Part shown: positions 19,070 through 27,455 of the stretch, piece after piece
How the letters are laid out: each line of letters starts with the position of its first letter
Position numbering within the stretch: position 1 is the stretch's first letter
NCBI GenBank assembly: GCA_963840935.1
Contig: CAWJAS010000001.1
Span: 384,875-448,874 of the forward strand
Direction of reading: 5' to 3'
Length of the DNA stretch: 64,000 nucleotides
Origin: Candidatus Magasanikiibacteriota bacterium
GTDB lineage: Bacteria; Patescibacteriota; Patescibacteriia; Magasanikbacterales; GWA2-37-8
The notes under the pieces: model-generated
Seen by the model: only the letters and a program-made list of their open reading frames with translations
What the model was told of the DNA's origin: nothing
Databases searched by the model: none
Translations under genes and position numbers: made by a program

Positions 19070-20152
19070 ATGAAAAAAAATTTGTTGGGTATTTTTTTGG
19101 TCATAGCAACGATTATTTTTGGCGGAGCCGGATGTATTAGTTTTAAAAAAACGGCTGAAGCCGGGCCGATGGGTGTTTATCGTTCGCCGGACAAAGGCGA
19201 AAACTGGGTTCATGCTTCTGTTTTTCCGACAGCCCAGGGCGCAAAGAGTTTGAGCGATATAAAAGTCCACCGTTTATTTGAAGACCCGAGCGATGTTAAC
19301 GCGATGTATTTGGGCAGTCGCGGGCAAGGATTATTTTTTACATACAATAACGGCGATACATGGCAGTCCGTTCCATTTTTTAACGGGCGATTTGTTTACG
19401 CTCTGGCCGTGGACCCGAAAGACAAATGCAATATTTACGCTAGCGACGGCACTAATATTTATAAAACAGAAGATTGCTCCAGAACTTGGCGCCTGGTGTT
19501 CACCGAACAGAGGACGGGGGAAAGACTAACCGCATTAGATATCGACCCGGTTGACGGCACTGTTTGGGGCGCGCTGGTCGGCGGTGATGTGATGGCGAGC
19601 AGAGACAATGGTTACAGCTGGACCGTTACAAAAAGATTTAATTTTAAACTTCAGGATTTGGTGGTTGATAAAAAACAATCAGGCCGTGTTTATGTCGCTG
19701 CCCAAAGAAACGGGCTTTATCGCAGTGATGATGGCGGAATAAATTGGGTTGATTTGCGCGAAGGAATGGAAAGCTTTAAAGACAGCTCCAATTGTTATCG
19801 AATTTATCTTAATCCTTCAAAAGAAAATAGTTTATTTTGGATTTCCAAATACGGCATTTTACGTTCCGATGATTCAGGCGTGACATGGGCTGATTTGAAA
19901 CTTCTAACTCCGCCCGGGTCTGTATCTATTTTTTCGTTCACCACAAATCCAAAAAATCAAAATGAGCTTTATTACACCGGAACAGTACTTGGCGAAAAAG
20001 AAGTTCATGTGCGCTCCACATTCTATAAAAGCGCTGATGGCGGGAACACATGGGTGACAAAAAAATTACCGACCAATTCCATGCCGTTCGCAATGAGAGT
20101 GCATCCGCAAAACGACAGCGTCTTGTTTATCGGTTTTTCGTCGCTTCAATAA
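19070..20152 (+). CDS. Lipoprotein with BNR/Asp-box (sialidase-like) beta-propeller repeats
   Basis: Lipobox LVIATIIFGGAGC; seven S/Y-x-D-x-G-x-T/N-W repeats (SPDKGENW, NNGDTWQ, SRDNGYSW, SDDGGINW, SDDSGVTW, SADGGNTW). Confidence 0.8.
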   Translation: MKKNLLGIFLVIATIIFGGAGCISFKKTAEAGPMGVYRSPDKGENWVHASVFPTAQGAKSLSDIKVHRLFEDPSDVNAMYLGSRGQGLFFTYNNGDTWQSVPFFNGRFVYALAVDPKDKCNIYASDGTNIYKTEDCSRTWRLVFTEQRTGERLTALDIDPVDGTVWGALVGGDVMASRDNGYSWTVTKRFNFKLQDLVVDKKQSGRVYVAAQRNGLYRSDDGGINWVDLREGMESFKDSSNCYRIYLNPSKENSLFWISKYGILRSDDSGVTWADLKLLTPPGSVSIFSFTTNPKNQNELYYTGTVLGEKEVHVRSTFYKSADGGNTWVTKKLPTNSMPFAMRVHPQNDSVLFIGFSSLQ

Positions 20153-20166
20153 ATTATTTAAATATT

Positions 20167-20718
20167 ATGAATTTAGTAGAAAAAAAATCAGATTTTAGCA
20201 AGGCAATTGATTTTTTGAAAAGTGATATCACCGGTTTGCGCACCGGTCGGGCTTCCGGTGCCATGGTTGAAGATTTGCAAGTGGAGGTTTATGGTACCAG
20301 ACAACCGCTCAAAGCGGCCGCTTCCATTTCTGTGTCCGATGCCAAAACCGTGGTGATTGAGCCTTGGGACAAATCTCTTCTCGGCGCCATTGAAAAATCC
20401 ATCAGGGATTCCGGTTTGGGCATAAACCCGGTTAACGACGGTCGTTTGATTCGATTAAGCATGCCCGAACTCACGGTTGAAAGACGGCAAGAGTTGATCA
20501 AAGTTCTGCATTCAAAATTGGAGAACGCGAGGATATCGGTCAGGCAAATCAGAGAAGATATTCGCAATCAAATTGCCGAAGAAGAAAAAAATAAAGAAAT
20601 TAGCGAAGATGAAAAATATCGCATGCAGGAAGAATTAGACAAAATGGTCAAAGATTTTAACGAACAAATCAAACAGATTGGAGACAACAAAGAACAAGAA
20701 ATTACTAGCATAACATAA
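20167..20718 (+). CDS. frr: Ribosome recycling factor
   Basis: Start set to ATG 20167 (MNLVEKK...); full-length RRF similarity (VEVYGTRQPLKAAASISV, RLIRLSMPELTVERR). Confidence 0.9.
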   Translation: MNLVEKKSDFSKAIDFLKSDITGLRTGRASGAMVEDLQVEVYGTRQPLKAAASISVSDAKTVVIEPWDKSLLGAIEKSIRDSGLGINPVNDGRLIRLSMPELTVERRQELIKVLHSKLENARISVRQIREDIRNQIAEEEKNKEISEDEKYRMQEELDKMVKDFNEQIKQIGDNKEQEITSIT

Positions 20719-20719
20719 A

Positions 20720-21358
20720 ATGAAAAATATTTTTTTTACCAAAATTGTTATTTTTGTCGTTTTTACGGCGCTTGTTTTTATGTTTTCCGGTTGTGGTAAA
20801 ACAATCGAAAATAACACCATACAAGAGCCGGAATTTTCGGCTGGTGAATTCAAAGAATTCGGCGACCCAAAATATAATGTTTCAATCAAATATCCGGATG
20901 AATTGATTTCCGACTTCAGTAATGGAGTGTATTATTTGGAATTCCCAGAAGTCTATTCCACAGGCACAAATTTGCTTGGCGCGCTTGTTCGTTTTGACGG
21001 GGAATTGACTGAATGCGAAGGTTTTGGAAGCAATGAAAGCATTTCGACATCGTGGAATAATTCCGAAGCCCTTGAACCTACCGGAAATTTGGCGGAAAAA
21101 TTTATCGTCAATGGAATTGATTTTAAGCGGTTTAAATGCAGTCAAAAATTTGATGACGGTGTTTTTTCTGAATCTGTTTCATATACGGCTAATTTGGAAA
21201 AAGGAAACTATACGCTTTCATTATTTTTTTTCTCGGTTGACCCGGTTGAATGCGACCCTGAAGTATGCAAAAAAAAGTTTGACCCAACGGGATTTGAAAA
21301 GACATTTTTGAGAATATTAAATAGTTTTAAAACATTTAACCCGGAAATTTATGACTGA
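20720..21358 (+). CDS. Lipoprotein, unknown function
   Basis: Signal peptide with lipobox FMFSGC; ORF only. Confidence 0.5.
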   Translation: MKNIFFTKIVIFVVFTALVFMFSGCGKTIENNTIQEPEFSAGEFKEFGDPKYNVSIKYPDELISDFSNGVYYLEFPEVYSTGTNLLGALVRFDGELTECEGFGSNESISTSWNNSEALEPTGNLAEKFIVNGIDFKRFKCSQKFDDGVFSESVSYTANLEKGNYTLSLFFFSVDPVECDPEVCKKKFDPTGFEKTFLRILNSFKTFNPEIYD

Positions 21359-22721
21359 CCTTGAGACAATAGTGTCTTTGTGTAAAAGAAGGGGATTTAT
21401 TTTTCCCGGCTCGGAAATTTATGGAGGGCTCGCCAATAGCTGGGATTACGGTCCTCTCGGTCATTTGCTAAAACAAAATATAAAAAAGGCATGGTGGAAA
21501 TTTTTTGTCCAAAGCAGAGGAGACATGGTGCCTTTTGACTCGGCGGTAATTATGAACCCAAAGGCTTGGGAAGCGTCCGGTCATTTGGAAAATTTTTCCG
21601 ACGAGTTGGTCGAATGCAAAGACTGCCATCATCGATTCCGCGCCGACCACTTGCTTGAAGCAAAAAGTTTGGAGCCAAAATACGACAAAGAAAAGCCGGC
21701 TGATATTTCTGATTTGGTTTGTCCGGATTGCTCGGGCAAATTGACCGCGCCCAAGTCGTTCAATTTAATGTTTAAAACTTTTTTGGGCACAACCGACGAC
21801 AACACAACTGTCGCTTATTTGCGTCCGGAAACAGCCGGTGGCATGTTTATTAATTTCAAAAATGTTCAGCAAGCAACGCGTCGAAAACTGCCTTTTGGCA
21901 TTGCCCAAATCGGCAAATGTTTTCGCAACGAAATTACTCCGGGCAATTTTATTTTCCGCACGCGCGAATTTGAAATTGCCGAATTTGAATATTTTATTAA
22001 GCCCGATCAGTGGGAGCAGATTTTTGAAATGTGGGTAAATGAAATAAAGATTTGGTGGCACGATATTATGAAAGTTAATCCGGATAAATTAGTTTGGCAT
22101 GAAATCGAAAAAGATGATTTGGCTCATTACAGCAAACGCACCATTGACGTGGAATACAAATATCCGTTTGGTCTCAAAGAATTGCACGGCATTGCGTATC
22201 GCACAGATTTTGATCTTTCTCGGCACGAAAAAGTCAGTGGAGAAGATTTGCATTATGCCGATCAGGAGACGGGTGAAAAATATTTACCGCATGTGATTGA
22301 ACCGTCGTTTGGCGTTGATAGAATGCTTTTGGTCGCTTTGTTTGAGGCCTTTCACGAAGAAGAAGCTCCCACGGCCGAAGAAGGAGAAACCGAAAAACGC
22401 GTGGTAATGAAATTCCCGGCCTATTTGGCTCCGTATCAAGTGGCGGTTTTGCCTTTATCCAAAAAAGAAGAATTGTCGGAATTATCACATTCAATTACAG
22501 CTGATTTGCGCAAAGAATTTATGGTTGATTATGATGAAACGCAGAGCATCGGCAAACGCTATAGACGGCAAGATGAAATTGGCACGCCGTTTTGCGTTAC
22601 AGTTGACTTTGATTCGCTTGAGGATGGCAAAGTGACTGTGCGTGACCGCGACTCAATGAAACAAGAGAGAATTAGCAAAGATGAATTATTAAATTATTTA
22701 AAAAGTAAAATTAATTATTAA
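21351..22721 (+). CDS. glyQS: Glycine--tRNA ligase (alpha2 dimeric type)
   Basis: IFPGSEIYGGLANSWDYGPLG, class II aaRS motifs, anticodon-binding C-domain. Confidence 0.95.
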   Translation: MTDLETIVSLCKRRGFIFPGSEIYGGLANSWDYGPLGHLLKQNIKKAWWKFFVQSRGDMVPFDSAVIMNPKAWEASGHLENFSDELVECKDCHHRFRADHLLEAKSLEPKYDKEKPADISDLVCPDCSGKLTAPKSFNLMFKTFLGTTDDNTTVAYLRPETAGGMFINFKNVQQATRRKLPFGIAQIGKCFRNEITPGNFIFRTREFEIAEFEYFIKPDQWEQIFEMWVNEIKIWWHDIMKVNPDKLVWHEIEKDDLAHYSKRTIDVEYKYPFGLKELHGIAYRTDFDLSRHEKVSGEDLHYADQETGEKYLPHVIEPSFGVDRMLLVALFEAFHEEEAPTAEEGETEKRVVMKFPAYLAPYQVAVLPLSKKEELSELSHSITADLRKEFMVDYDETQSIGKRYRRQDEIGTPFCVTVDFDSLEDGKVTVRDRDSMKQERISKDELLNYLKSKINY

Positions 22722-22725
22722 ATAT

Positions 22726-22944
22726 ATGGATAAAACAGAGCAATTTTTTGGATCAAATGTTGGCAGTGAAAATGTTTTTGAGAATGTCGGATTGGCTGAT
22801 AAATACAAAACTCCCGCGGAAGTAAAAGAAGCGATAGCCAAGCTTCAAGAAGTAAAGACTGACTCAACCTCTGACAGCGAGTTTATCGTGGAAAAAATCG
22901 CCGAATTGGAAAAATATCTTAAATTTCTGGAAACTCAAGAATAA
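22726..22944 (+). CDS. Hypothetical small acidic protein
   Basis: ORF only (72 aa), tightly packed between glyQS and the M16 peptidase gene. Confidence 0.4.
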   Translation: MDKTEQFFGSNVGSENVFENVGLADKYKTPAEVKEAIAKLQEVKTDSTSDSEFIVEKIAELEKYLKFLETQE

Positions 22945-22948
22945 GAAA

Positions 22949-24229
22949 ATGAAAAAGATTAAGTTGGAAAATGGATTAACAGTAATAAATATACCGCTTT
23001 CGGGAACCAAAGCAGTCACTTTTTTTGTTTTGGTTCCGATTGGTTCGCGTTATGAAAACGCTCGTATAAGCGGAGCGTCGCATTTTGTTGAACATTTAAT
23101 GTTTAAAGGAACGAAAAAACGGCCCACTTCGCTTGATATTTCGCGCGAACTTGATTCAGTCGGAGCGCAGTTCAACGCTTTCACCGGCAAAGATTACACC
23201 GGTTATTGGATAAAAATTAATAGTATAAAAAATGAATTAGCCCTGGATGTTTTGTCTGACATGCTTTTTAATTCTGTTTTTGACGCCCAAGAAATAAAAA
23301 AAGAAAAAGGAGTGATAATCGAAGAAATAAAAATGTATGAAGACAATCCTTCGTTCGCGGTGGAAAATGTTTTTGATGATTTGATGTTTGCTAATCACCC
23401 GCTTGGCAGAAATATTGCCGGGTCGGCCAATGGCATAAAACAAATTACTCGCGGGCAATTGTATGATTACTACAAGCGAGCATATTGCCCAAAGAATATG
23501 ATTTTGGCCGTTGCCGGCAATCTTGATCGCGGTGTTACAAAGTTAATAAAAAAATATTTTTCCCCCAAAATAAATCAGATATCCGCAATTAACAAAGATG
23601 GTTACCAAAAATTTAATTGGTCAAAAAAAGCATTGCCGATTGAAAAAAGAATAAGTGTTCAAAAAAGAAAAATTGACCAAGCCCATGTTATTATTGGATA
23701 TCCGGGTATTAAAATTACCGATAGGCGACGGCACGCAATGGCGGTGATGCTTAATATTTTGGGTGGAAGCATGAGTTCAAGATTGTTTGTGGAAGTGCGT
23801 GAAAAAAACGGCTTGGCATATAAAATTCGCACAAATAGTTTTGCGCATCGCGATGTTGGTGGAGTGCAAATAGAATCCGGTCTCGACGCAAGCCGTTTGC
23901 CCGAAGCGTTCAAAATAATAAATAGTGAATGCGCCAAAATGAAAAATGAAGAAGTAACAAAAAAAGAATTAAATGACGCCAAAAATAACTTGGCCGGTCG
24001 ACTATCGTTAGCCATGGAAGATTCAAGCACGCAAGCCAACTGGTACGCCTTAAAATATTGGTTTGAAAATGACTTGAATAATTATCAAAAAGAAATTAAA
24101 AAAATTCGGCAAGTTACGGCTAAAGATATAAAAAAATTAGCGAATGAAATATTTGATCAAGCAAAAATTTATTACGCGGTAATTAGTCCCTTTGAAAAAA
24201 AGGAAATAGTTAAATTCATAAAAAACTAA
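22949..24229 (+). CDS. M16 family (pitrilysin/insulinase-like) zinc peptidase
   Basis: HFVEHLMFKGT inverted zinc-binding motif (HxxEH); M16 N- and C-domains. Confidence 0.85.
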   Translation: MKKIKLENGLTVINIPLSGTKAVTFFVLVPIGSRYENARISGASHFVEHLMFKGTKKRPTSLDISRELDSVGAQFNAFTGKDYTGYWIKINSIKNELALDVLSDMLFNSVFDAQEIKKEKGVIIEEIKMYEDNPSFAVENVFDDLMFANHPLGRNIAGSANGIKQITRGQLYDYYKRAYCPKNMILAVAGNLDRGVTKLIKKYFSPKINQISAINKDGYQKFNWSKKALPIEKRISVQKRKIDQAHVIIGYPGIKITDRRRHAMAVMLNILGGSMSSRLFVEVREKNGLAYKIRTNSFAHRDVGGVQIESGLDASRLPEAFKIINSECAKMKNEEVTKKELNDAKNNLAGRLSLAMEDSSTQANWYALKYWFENDLNNYQKEIKKIRQVTAKDIKKLANEIFDQAKIYYAVISPFEKKEIVKFIKN

Positions 24230-24231
24230 AT

Positions 24232-25011
24232 ATGAGCATTGCCAAAAAAATTCATTTATTCGCCAATTGGAAAATGTATTTGGATTATGATGAAAGCAAT
24301 ATTTTGGCCAATGATTTTGCCGATAAGTTCAAAAAAAGACCTGATAACATTAAAATAGCCGTTTTTCCGAGCGCACTTTCACTTTATCCGGTTGGACAGG
24401 TTTTGCGTGATGTGAAAATAGACATTGGCGCTCAAAACGCTTATTGGGTTGACAGGGGAGGATATACCGGTGAAATATCCGCCGAGTCTTTTAAAGATGC
24501 CGGCTGTAATTATTTGCTTATCGGTCATTCGGAACGTCGCCATGTATTTGGCGAAACAAATGAAGAGGTGAGAAAAAAATTGGAATCAGCCATCGCCATT
24601 GGTTTAACCCCGGTTGTTTGTGTTGGTGAAACTGCCGATGAGAGAAAAAATGATCGAGCGGATGACGCGATAGAAATTCAACTACGGGCAGTTTTTGAAA
24701 ACTTGACGGTTAACGGATGCAACTCCATGTTTATTGCCTATGAACCCGTTTGGGCGATCGGCACGGGCGATGCTTGCCCCGCGGAAGAAGCGGAAAGAAT
24801 GCACAAAAAAATAAAAGAAATAACTCAAACATTTTTGCCAAATTTATCTTTAACTTTGTTATACGGCGGTAGCGTAAGACCGGATAATATAGCTGGTTAT
24901 TTATCGGCGCAAGATATTGACGGCGTTTTGATAGGTAACGCTTCGGCAAAAATGGAAACATTCGCTGAAATTTATCAAAAGGCCGTTGCCTTCTTGTCGG
25001 TTTCAAAATAA
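24232..25011 (+). CDS. tpiA: Triosephosphate isomerase
   Basis: ANWKMY, IGHSERR, YEPVWAIGTG, GGSV. Confidence 0.95.
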   Translation: MSIAKKIHLFANWKMYLDYDESNILANDFADKFKKRPDNIKIAVFPSALSLYPVGQVLRDVKIDIGAQNAYWVDRGGYTGEISAESFKDAGCNYLLIGHSERRHVFGETNEEVRKKLESAIAIGLTPVVCVGETADERKNDRADDAIEIQLRAVFENLTVNGCNSMFIAYEPVWAIGTGDACPAEEAERMHKKIKEITQTFLPNLSLTLLYGGSVRPDNIAGYLSAQDIDGVLIGNASAKMETFAEIYQKAVAFLSVSK

Positions 25012-25016
25012 TTTAT

Positions 25017-25922
25017 ATGAATTATATATTCCTAATTATTATTGCCGTTGCTTTTATCACTATTGTTGTGGTGGTGCTTAGAAAATTTCCTATTTTAGCG
25101 AATTTAGATTTGAAAAATTTGGCGGAAGAACAGGAGTCAAGAAAGAAAAAACAACTGCTTTCTCACCGGATTATGGAAAAAGAAAAAGAGGCGGGCGAAA
25201 GTTTTGTTAATAAAATTGAGCCATTAAAAAAATTATGGCATATTGTTCAATCAAAATTTCGTCTTTATGTTGGCAAAATTGAAAAGTTGCTTCATTATGA
25301 AGAGCTGATAAAAAATCGCACAAAAGAAAAACAAATGACCGATGCGGAGAGAACAAATAAATTTAATGAAATGATATTTCAGGCGCAGAATCAATTAGCT
25401 GAAGGTAAATATGAAAGCGCCGAGGAATTTTTTATCGCCGCCATTAAATTAGATAAAAAATCATCGATTGCATACCGAGGACTCGGGGATACGTATATGG
25501 CCAAAGGAGTGGAGGAAGAAGCAATGCAAACTTATGATTTCTTGGCAAAATTAACGCCTGAAGACGATGCTCTTTTGGTAAGATTGTCTGAGTTGTCTGA
25601 AGGCAGAGGTTTGACTAACGACGCGATTGGCTATTTGGAAAGAGCTATCGCCGTTAATGACTCATTATCCACGCGTTTTTTCCGTTTAGCCGAATTATAT
25701 GCCAAAAACGGGCATTTGGATTTGGCGCTTGACGCGGCCGGCCAAGCAGTGGAACTGGAACCAAAGAATCCCAAATACCTTGACTTATTGGTTGAAACTG
25801 CTATAATATGCGGGAATCGAGAAATGGCAGAGAAGAATTTTAATGAATTACGCTTGGTTAACCCGGAAAACAACAAATTAATTGAGCTGAAAGAAAAAAT
25901 AGATAAAATTCCAAAAAATTAA
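25017..25922 (+). CDS. TPR-repeat protein with N-terminal TM anchor
   Basis: Hydrophobic N-terminus; several TPR-like helical repeats (AYRGLGDTYMAKG.., LAELYAKNGHLDLALD..). Confidence 0.65.
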   Translation: MNYIFLIIIAVAFITIVVVVLRKFPILANLDLKNLAEEQESRKKKQLLSHRIMEKEKEAGESFVNKIEPLKKLWHIVQSKFRLYVGKIEKLLHYEELIKNRTKEKQMTDAERTNKFNEMIFQAQNQLAEGKYESAEEFFIAAIKLDKKSSIAYRGLGDTYMAKGVEEEAMQTYDFLAKLTPEDDALLVRLSELSEGRGLTNDAIGYLERAIAVNDSLSTRFFRLAELYAKNGHLDLALDAAGQAVELEPKNPKYLDLLVETAIICGNREMAEKNFNELRLVNPENNKLIELKEKIDKIPKN

Positions 25923-25933
25923 AAAATATCTTT

Positions 25934-26006
25934 GCCGTTGTAGCTCAGTTGGTAGAGCAACGCCATGGTAAGGCGTAGGTCTCGGGTTCAAATCCCGACA
26001 ACGGCT
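25934..26006 (+). tRNA. tRNA-Thr (anticodon GGT)
   Basis: Manual fold: acceptor GCCGTTG/CAACGGC, D-arm TAGCTCAGTTGGTAGAGC, anticodon stem ACGCC/GGCGT with loop ATGGTAA, T-arm TCGGGTTCAAATCCCGA. Confidence 0.85.
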
Positions 26007-26019
26007 CGGAATGAAAAAT

Positions 26020-26092
26020 GCCGCCTTAGCTCAGCTGGCAGAGCAACACTTTTGTAAAGTGAAGGTCCTCGGTTCGAGTCCGAGAGGCGGCT
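26020..26092 (+). tRNA. tRNA-Thr (anticodon TGT)
   Basis: Manual fold: acceptor GCCGCCT/AGGCGGC, anticodon loop TTTGTAA, T-arm CTCGGTTCGAGTCCGAG; the first anticodon-stem pair is an A:A mismatch. Confidence 0.7.
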
Positions 26093-26105
26093 CGGATCGA
26101 AAAAT

Positions 26106-26187
26106 GGGCAGGTACCAAAGTGGTCAACTGGGGCAGACTGTAAATCTGCTGGCTCCGCCTTCGTAGGTTCAAATCCTACCCTGCCCA
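26106..26187 (+). tRNA. tRNA-Tyr (anticodon GTA), class II with long variable arm
   Basis: Acceptor GGGCAGG/CCTGCCC, anticodon stem GCAGA/TCTGC with loop CTGTAAA, 13-nt variable arm, T-arm GTAGGTTCAAATCCTAC. Confidence 0.85.
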
Positions 26188-26229
26188 CAACGCTTAGCGT
26201 TTCTAGTAATAAAAATTAATTAAAAAAAT

Positions 26230-26394
26230 ATGCCATCCAAAGAAAGAGAGAACATGATTAAGTTGGAATGTTCGGAATGCAAGCGAGTGAATTATTTTTC
26301 TCGCAAAAATAAAAAACTTCTCAAGAATCGTTTGGAGTTGATTAAATATTGCCGACATTGCCGAAAGCACGTAATGCATAAAGAAACGAAGTAA
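26230..26394 (+). CDS. rpmG: 50S ribosomal protein L33 (54 aa; absent from supplied ORF track because <60 aa)
   Basis: Translation [54 protein letters not shown] has the L33 zinc-ribbon pattern; RBS-like A-rich leader. Confidence 0.9.
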   Translation: MPSKERENMIKLECSECKRVNYFSRKNKKLLKNRLELIKYCRHCRKHVMHKETK

Positions 26395-26400
26395 AAAAGA

Positions 26401-26424
26401 ACGCGGGCTTCGCCTGCGTTTTTG
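26401..26424 (+). terminator. Rho-independent terminator after rpmG
   Basis: ACGCGGG-CTTCG-CCTGCGT hairpin followed by TTTTT. Confidence 0.6.
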
Positions 26425-26426
26425 AT

Positions 26427-26484
26427 GGGGGGTTCGTATAGTGGTATAAACCCGTCGCTCGCGAGCGACGGGTGTCTCCAAAAC
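26427..26484 (+). pseudogene. Truncated, diverged copy of the tRNA-Trp 5' part (acceptor, D-arm, anticodon loop) with a 22-nt GC palindrome replacing the 5' strand of the anticodon stem
   Basis: GGGGGGTTCGTATAGTGGTATAA aligns 17/23 to GGGAGCTTAGTTAAGTGGTATAA of the intact tRNA-Trp; GTCTCCAAAAC is identical (11 nt); CCCGTCGCTCGCGAGCGACGGG inserted between them; no T-arm. Confidence 0.55.
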
Positions 26485-26496
26485 AATCCAAATAGT

Positions 26497-26748
26497 ATGC
26501 ATTATGTGTATTTATTAAGAATAAGTGGAATAAAAAATAAAAATTATTATATTGGTTATACTTCTGATTTAAGAAAAAGAATGTTTGAACATTTGTCTGG
26601 CAACACAAAAACAACTTGCGATCGCAAACCGCAGTTATTATATTATGAAGCTTTTAGTGATAAAATATTAGCAATTAGACGTGAAAGAGGTTTAAAAAAT
26701 AGCGGGTCAGTGTATAATGCATTATTAAAAAGATTAGGGTTAAAGTAA
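26497..26748 (+). CDS. Mini GIY-YIG nuclease, UPF0213/YhbQ-like (copy 1 of 3)
   Basis: Start moved to ATG 26497; HYVYLLRISGIKNKNYYIGYTSDLRKRMFEHLSG is the GIY-(10)-YIG block with R and E/H catalytic residues; the track ORF's longer N-terminus overlaps the tRNA-like fragment. Confidence 0.75.
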   Translation: MHYVYLLRISGIKNKNYYIGYTSDLRKRMFEHLSGNTKTTCDRKPQLLYYEAFSDKILAIRRERGLKNSGSVYNALLKRLGLK

Positions 26749-26754
26749 TAATAC

Positions 26755-26825
26755 GGGAGCTTAGTTAAGTGGTATAACTACGGTCTCCAAAACCGTTGTC
26801 GGGGGTTCGATTCCCTCAGCTCCTG
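26755..26825 (+). tRNA. tRNA-Trp (anticodon CCA)
   Basis: Acceptor GGGAGCT/AGCTCCT, D-arm GTTAAGTGGTATAAC, anticodon stem ACGGT/ACCGT with loop CTCCAAA, T-arm GGGGGTTCGATTCCCTC. Confidence 0.85.
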
Positions 26826-26837
26826 CAAAAACAAAAA

Positions 26838-26869
26838 AAGCCCCGATATTATTCGGGGCTTTCTTGTTT
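26838..26869. terminator. Bidirectional rho-independent terminator (after tRNA-Trp; also serves convergent gene 26872-27450)
   Basis: AAAGCCCCGA-TATTAT-TCGGGGCTTT hairpin with an A-run upstream and a T-rich tract downstream. Confidence 0.6.
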
Positions 26870-26871
26870 AT

Positions 26872-27450
26872 TTACCGAGCCAAAGCTCGGAATTTAATGA
26901 TCGGGAAATAGTATATCTCCACCTCATTCAGCAAAGTGTTGATCCAAGCAATGAATTCTGCCGTCGCGTTCATGCTGGTGGCAACTTCATTTGCTCGGCC
27001 AAAGTGATGGGAATATTCATCCTCAGGATTTTCACCTTGCGTGATGGAGGCGATGATGCCGGGGAAGCCAAGGTCATGAAGCCTTTCCACAATATCGAAA
27101 CCGGTCGTCCCTTCCAAATTATTGTCGATAAGAATGATATCCGCCTCGCAAACCGTATTGAGCGAATGAGAAGTATTGCGTTGCTGGGTAGCCGCAACCA
27201 ATATTTCCGTACCCCAACAAGCAGACAGAATTTTGAGCATTCCTTCGATTTTTGAAAAAGAGCTTGTAAAGAACAAAATTTTTACCAATCCGCTTGGATG
27301 GCAACAAAGCGATTTCAAGCGCGAAATATCATGGTCGGAAAGTGCGTTTGCCATTATCTTACCTTTCTTTTGGATTGTTATTGAGCGCATTTTATTGCGA
27401 TGCTTCAATATACAATAAAAAAAACGGGTTGTCAACCCGTCATCAGACAC
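26872..27450 (-). CDS. Receiver (CheY-like) domain protein, atypical N-terminal region
   Basis: ADIILIDNNLEGTTGFDIVERLHDLGFPGIIAS fits the receiver phospho-acceptor loop/alpha-3 region; the acidic pocket (DD) is not obvious, so possibly a pseudo-receiver; true start uncertain. Confidence 0.5.
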   Translation of the reverse strand: MSDDGLTTRFFYCILKHRNKMRSITIQKKGKIMANALSDHDISRLKSLCCHPSGLVKILFFTSSFSKIEGMLKILSACWGTEILVAATQQRNTSHSLNTVCEADIILIDNNLEGTTGFDIVERLHDLGFPGIIASITQGENPEDEYSHHFGRANEVATSMNATAEFIAWINTLLNEVEIYYFPIIKFRALAR

Positions 27451-27455
27451 ATTTT

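Noticed and set aside
26020-26092. Second tRNA read as tRNA-Lys(TTT)
   Set aside because: With the standard 7-nt loop (TTTGTAA) after a 5-bp stem, positions 34-36 are TGT. The alternative register gives no base-paired stem, so Thr(TGT) is retained.
25988-26188. 66-aa minus-strand ORF
   Set aside because: Lies entirely antisense across tRNA-Thr(GGT), tRNA-Thr(TGT) and tRNA-Tyr; a composition artefact of the tRNA cluster.
26451-26472. GC palindrome CCCGTCGCTCGCGAGCGACGGG as a candidate rho-independent terminator
   Set aside because: No downstream T-run. The real rpmG terminator is the hairpin at 26401-26424. The palindrome is better explained as the insert within the tRNA-like fragment.
26203-26614. 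Three overlapping minus-strand ORFs (99, 64 and 90 aa)
   Set aside because: Antisense to rpmG, the tRNA-Trp-like fragment and the GIY-YIG gene, all of which have strong independent support.
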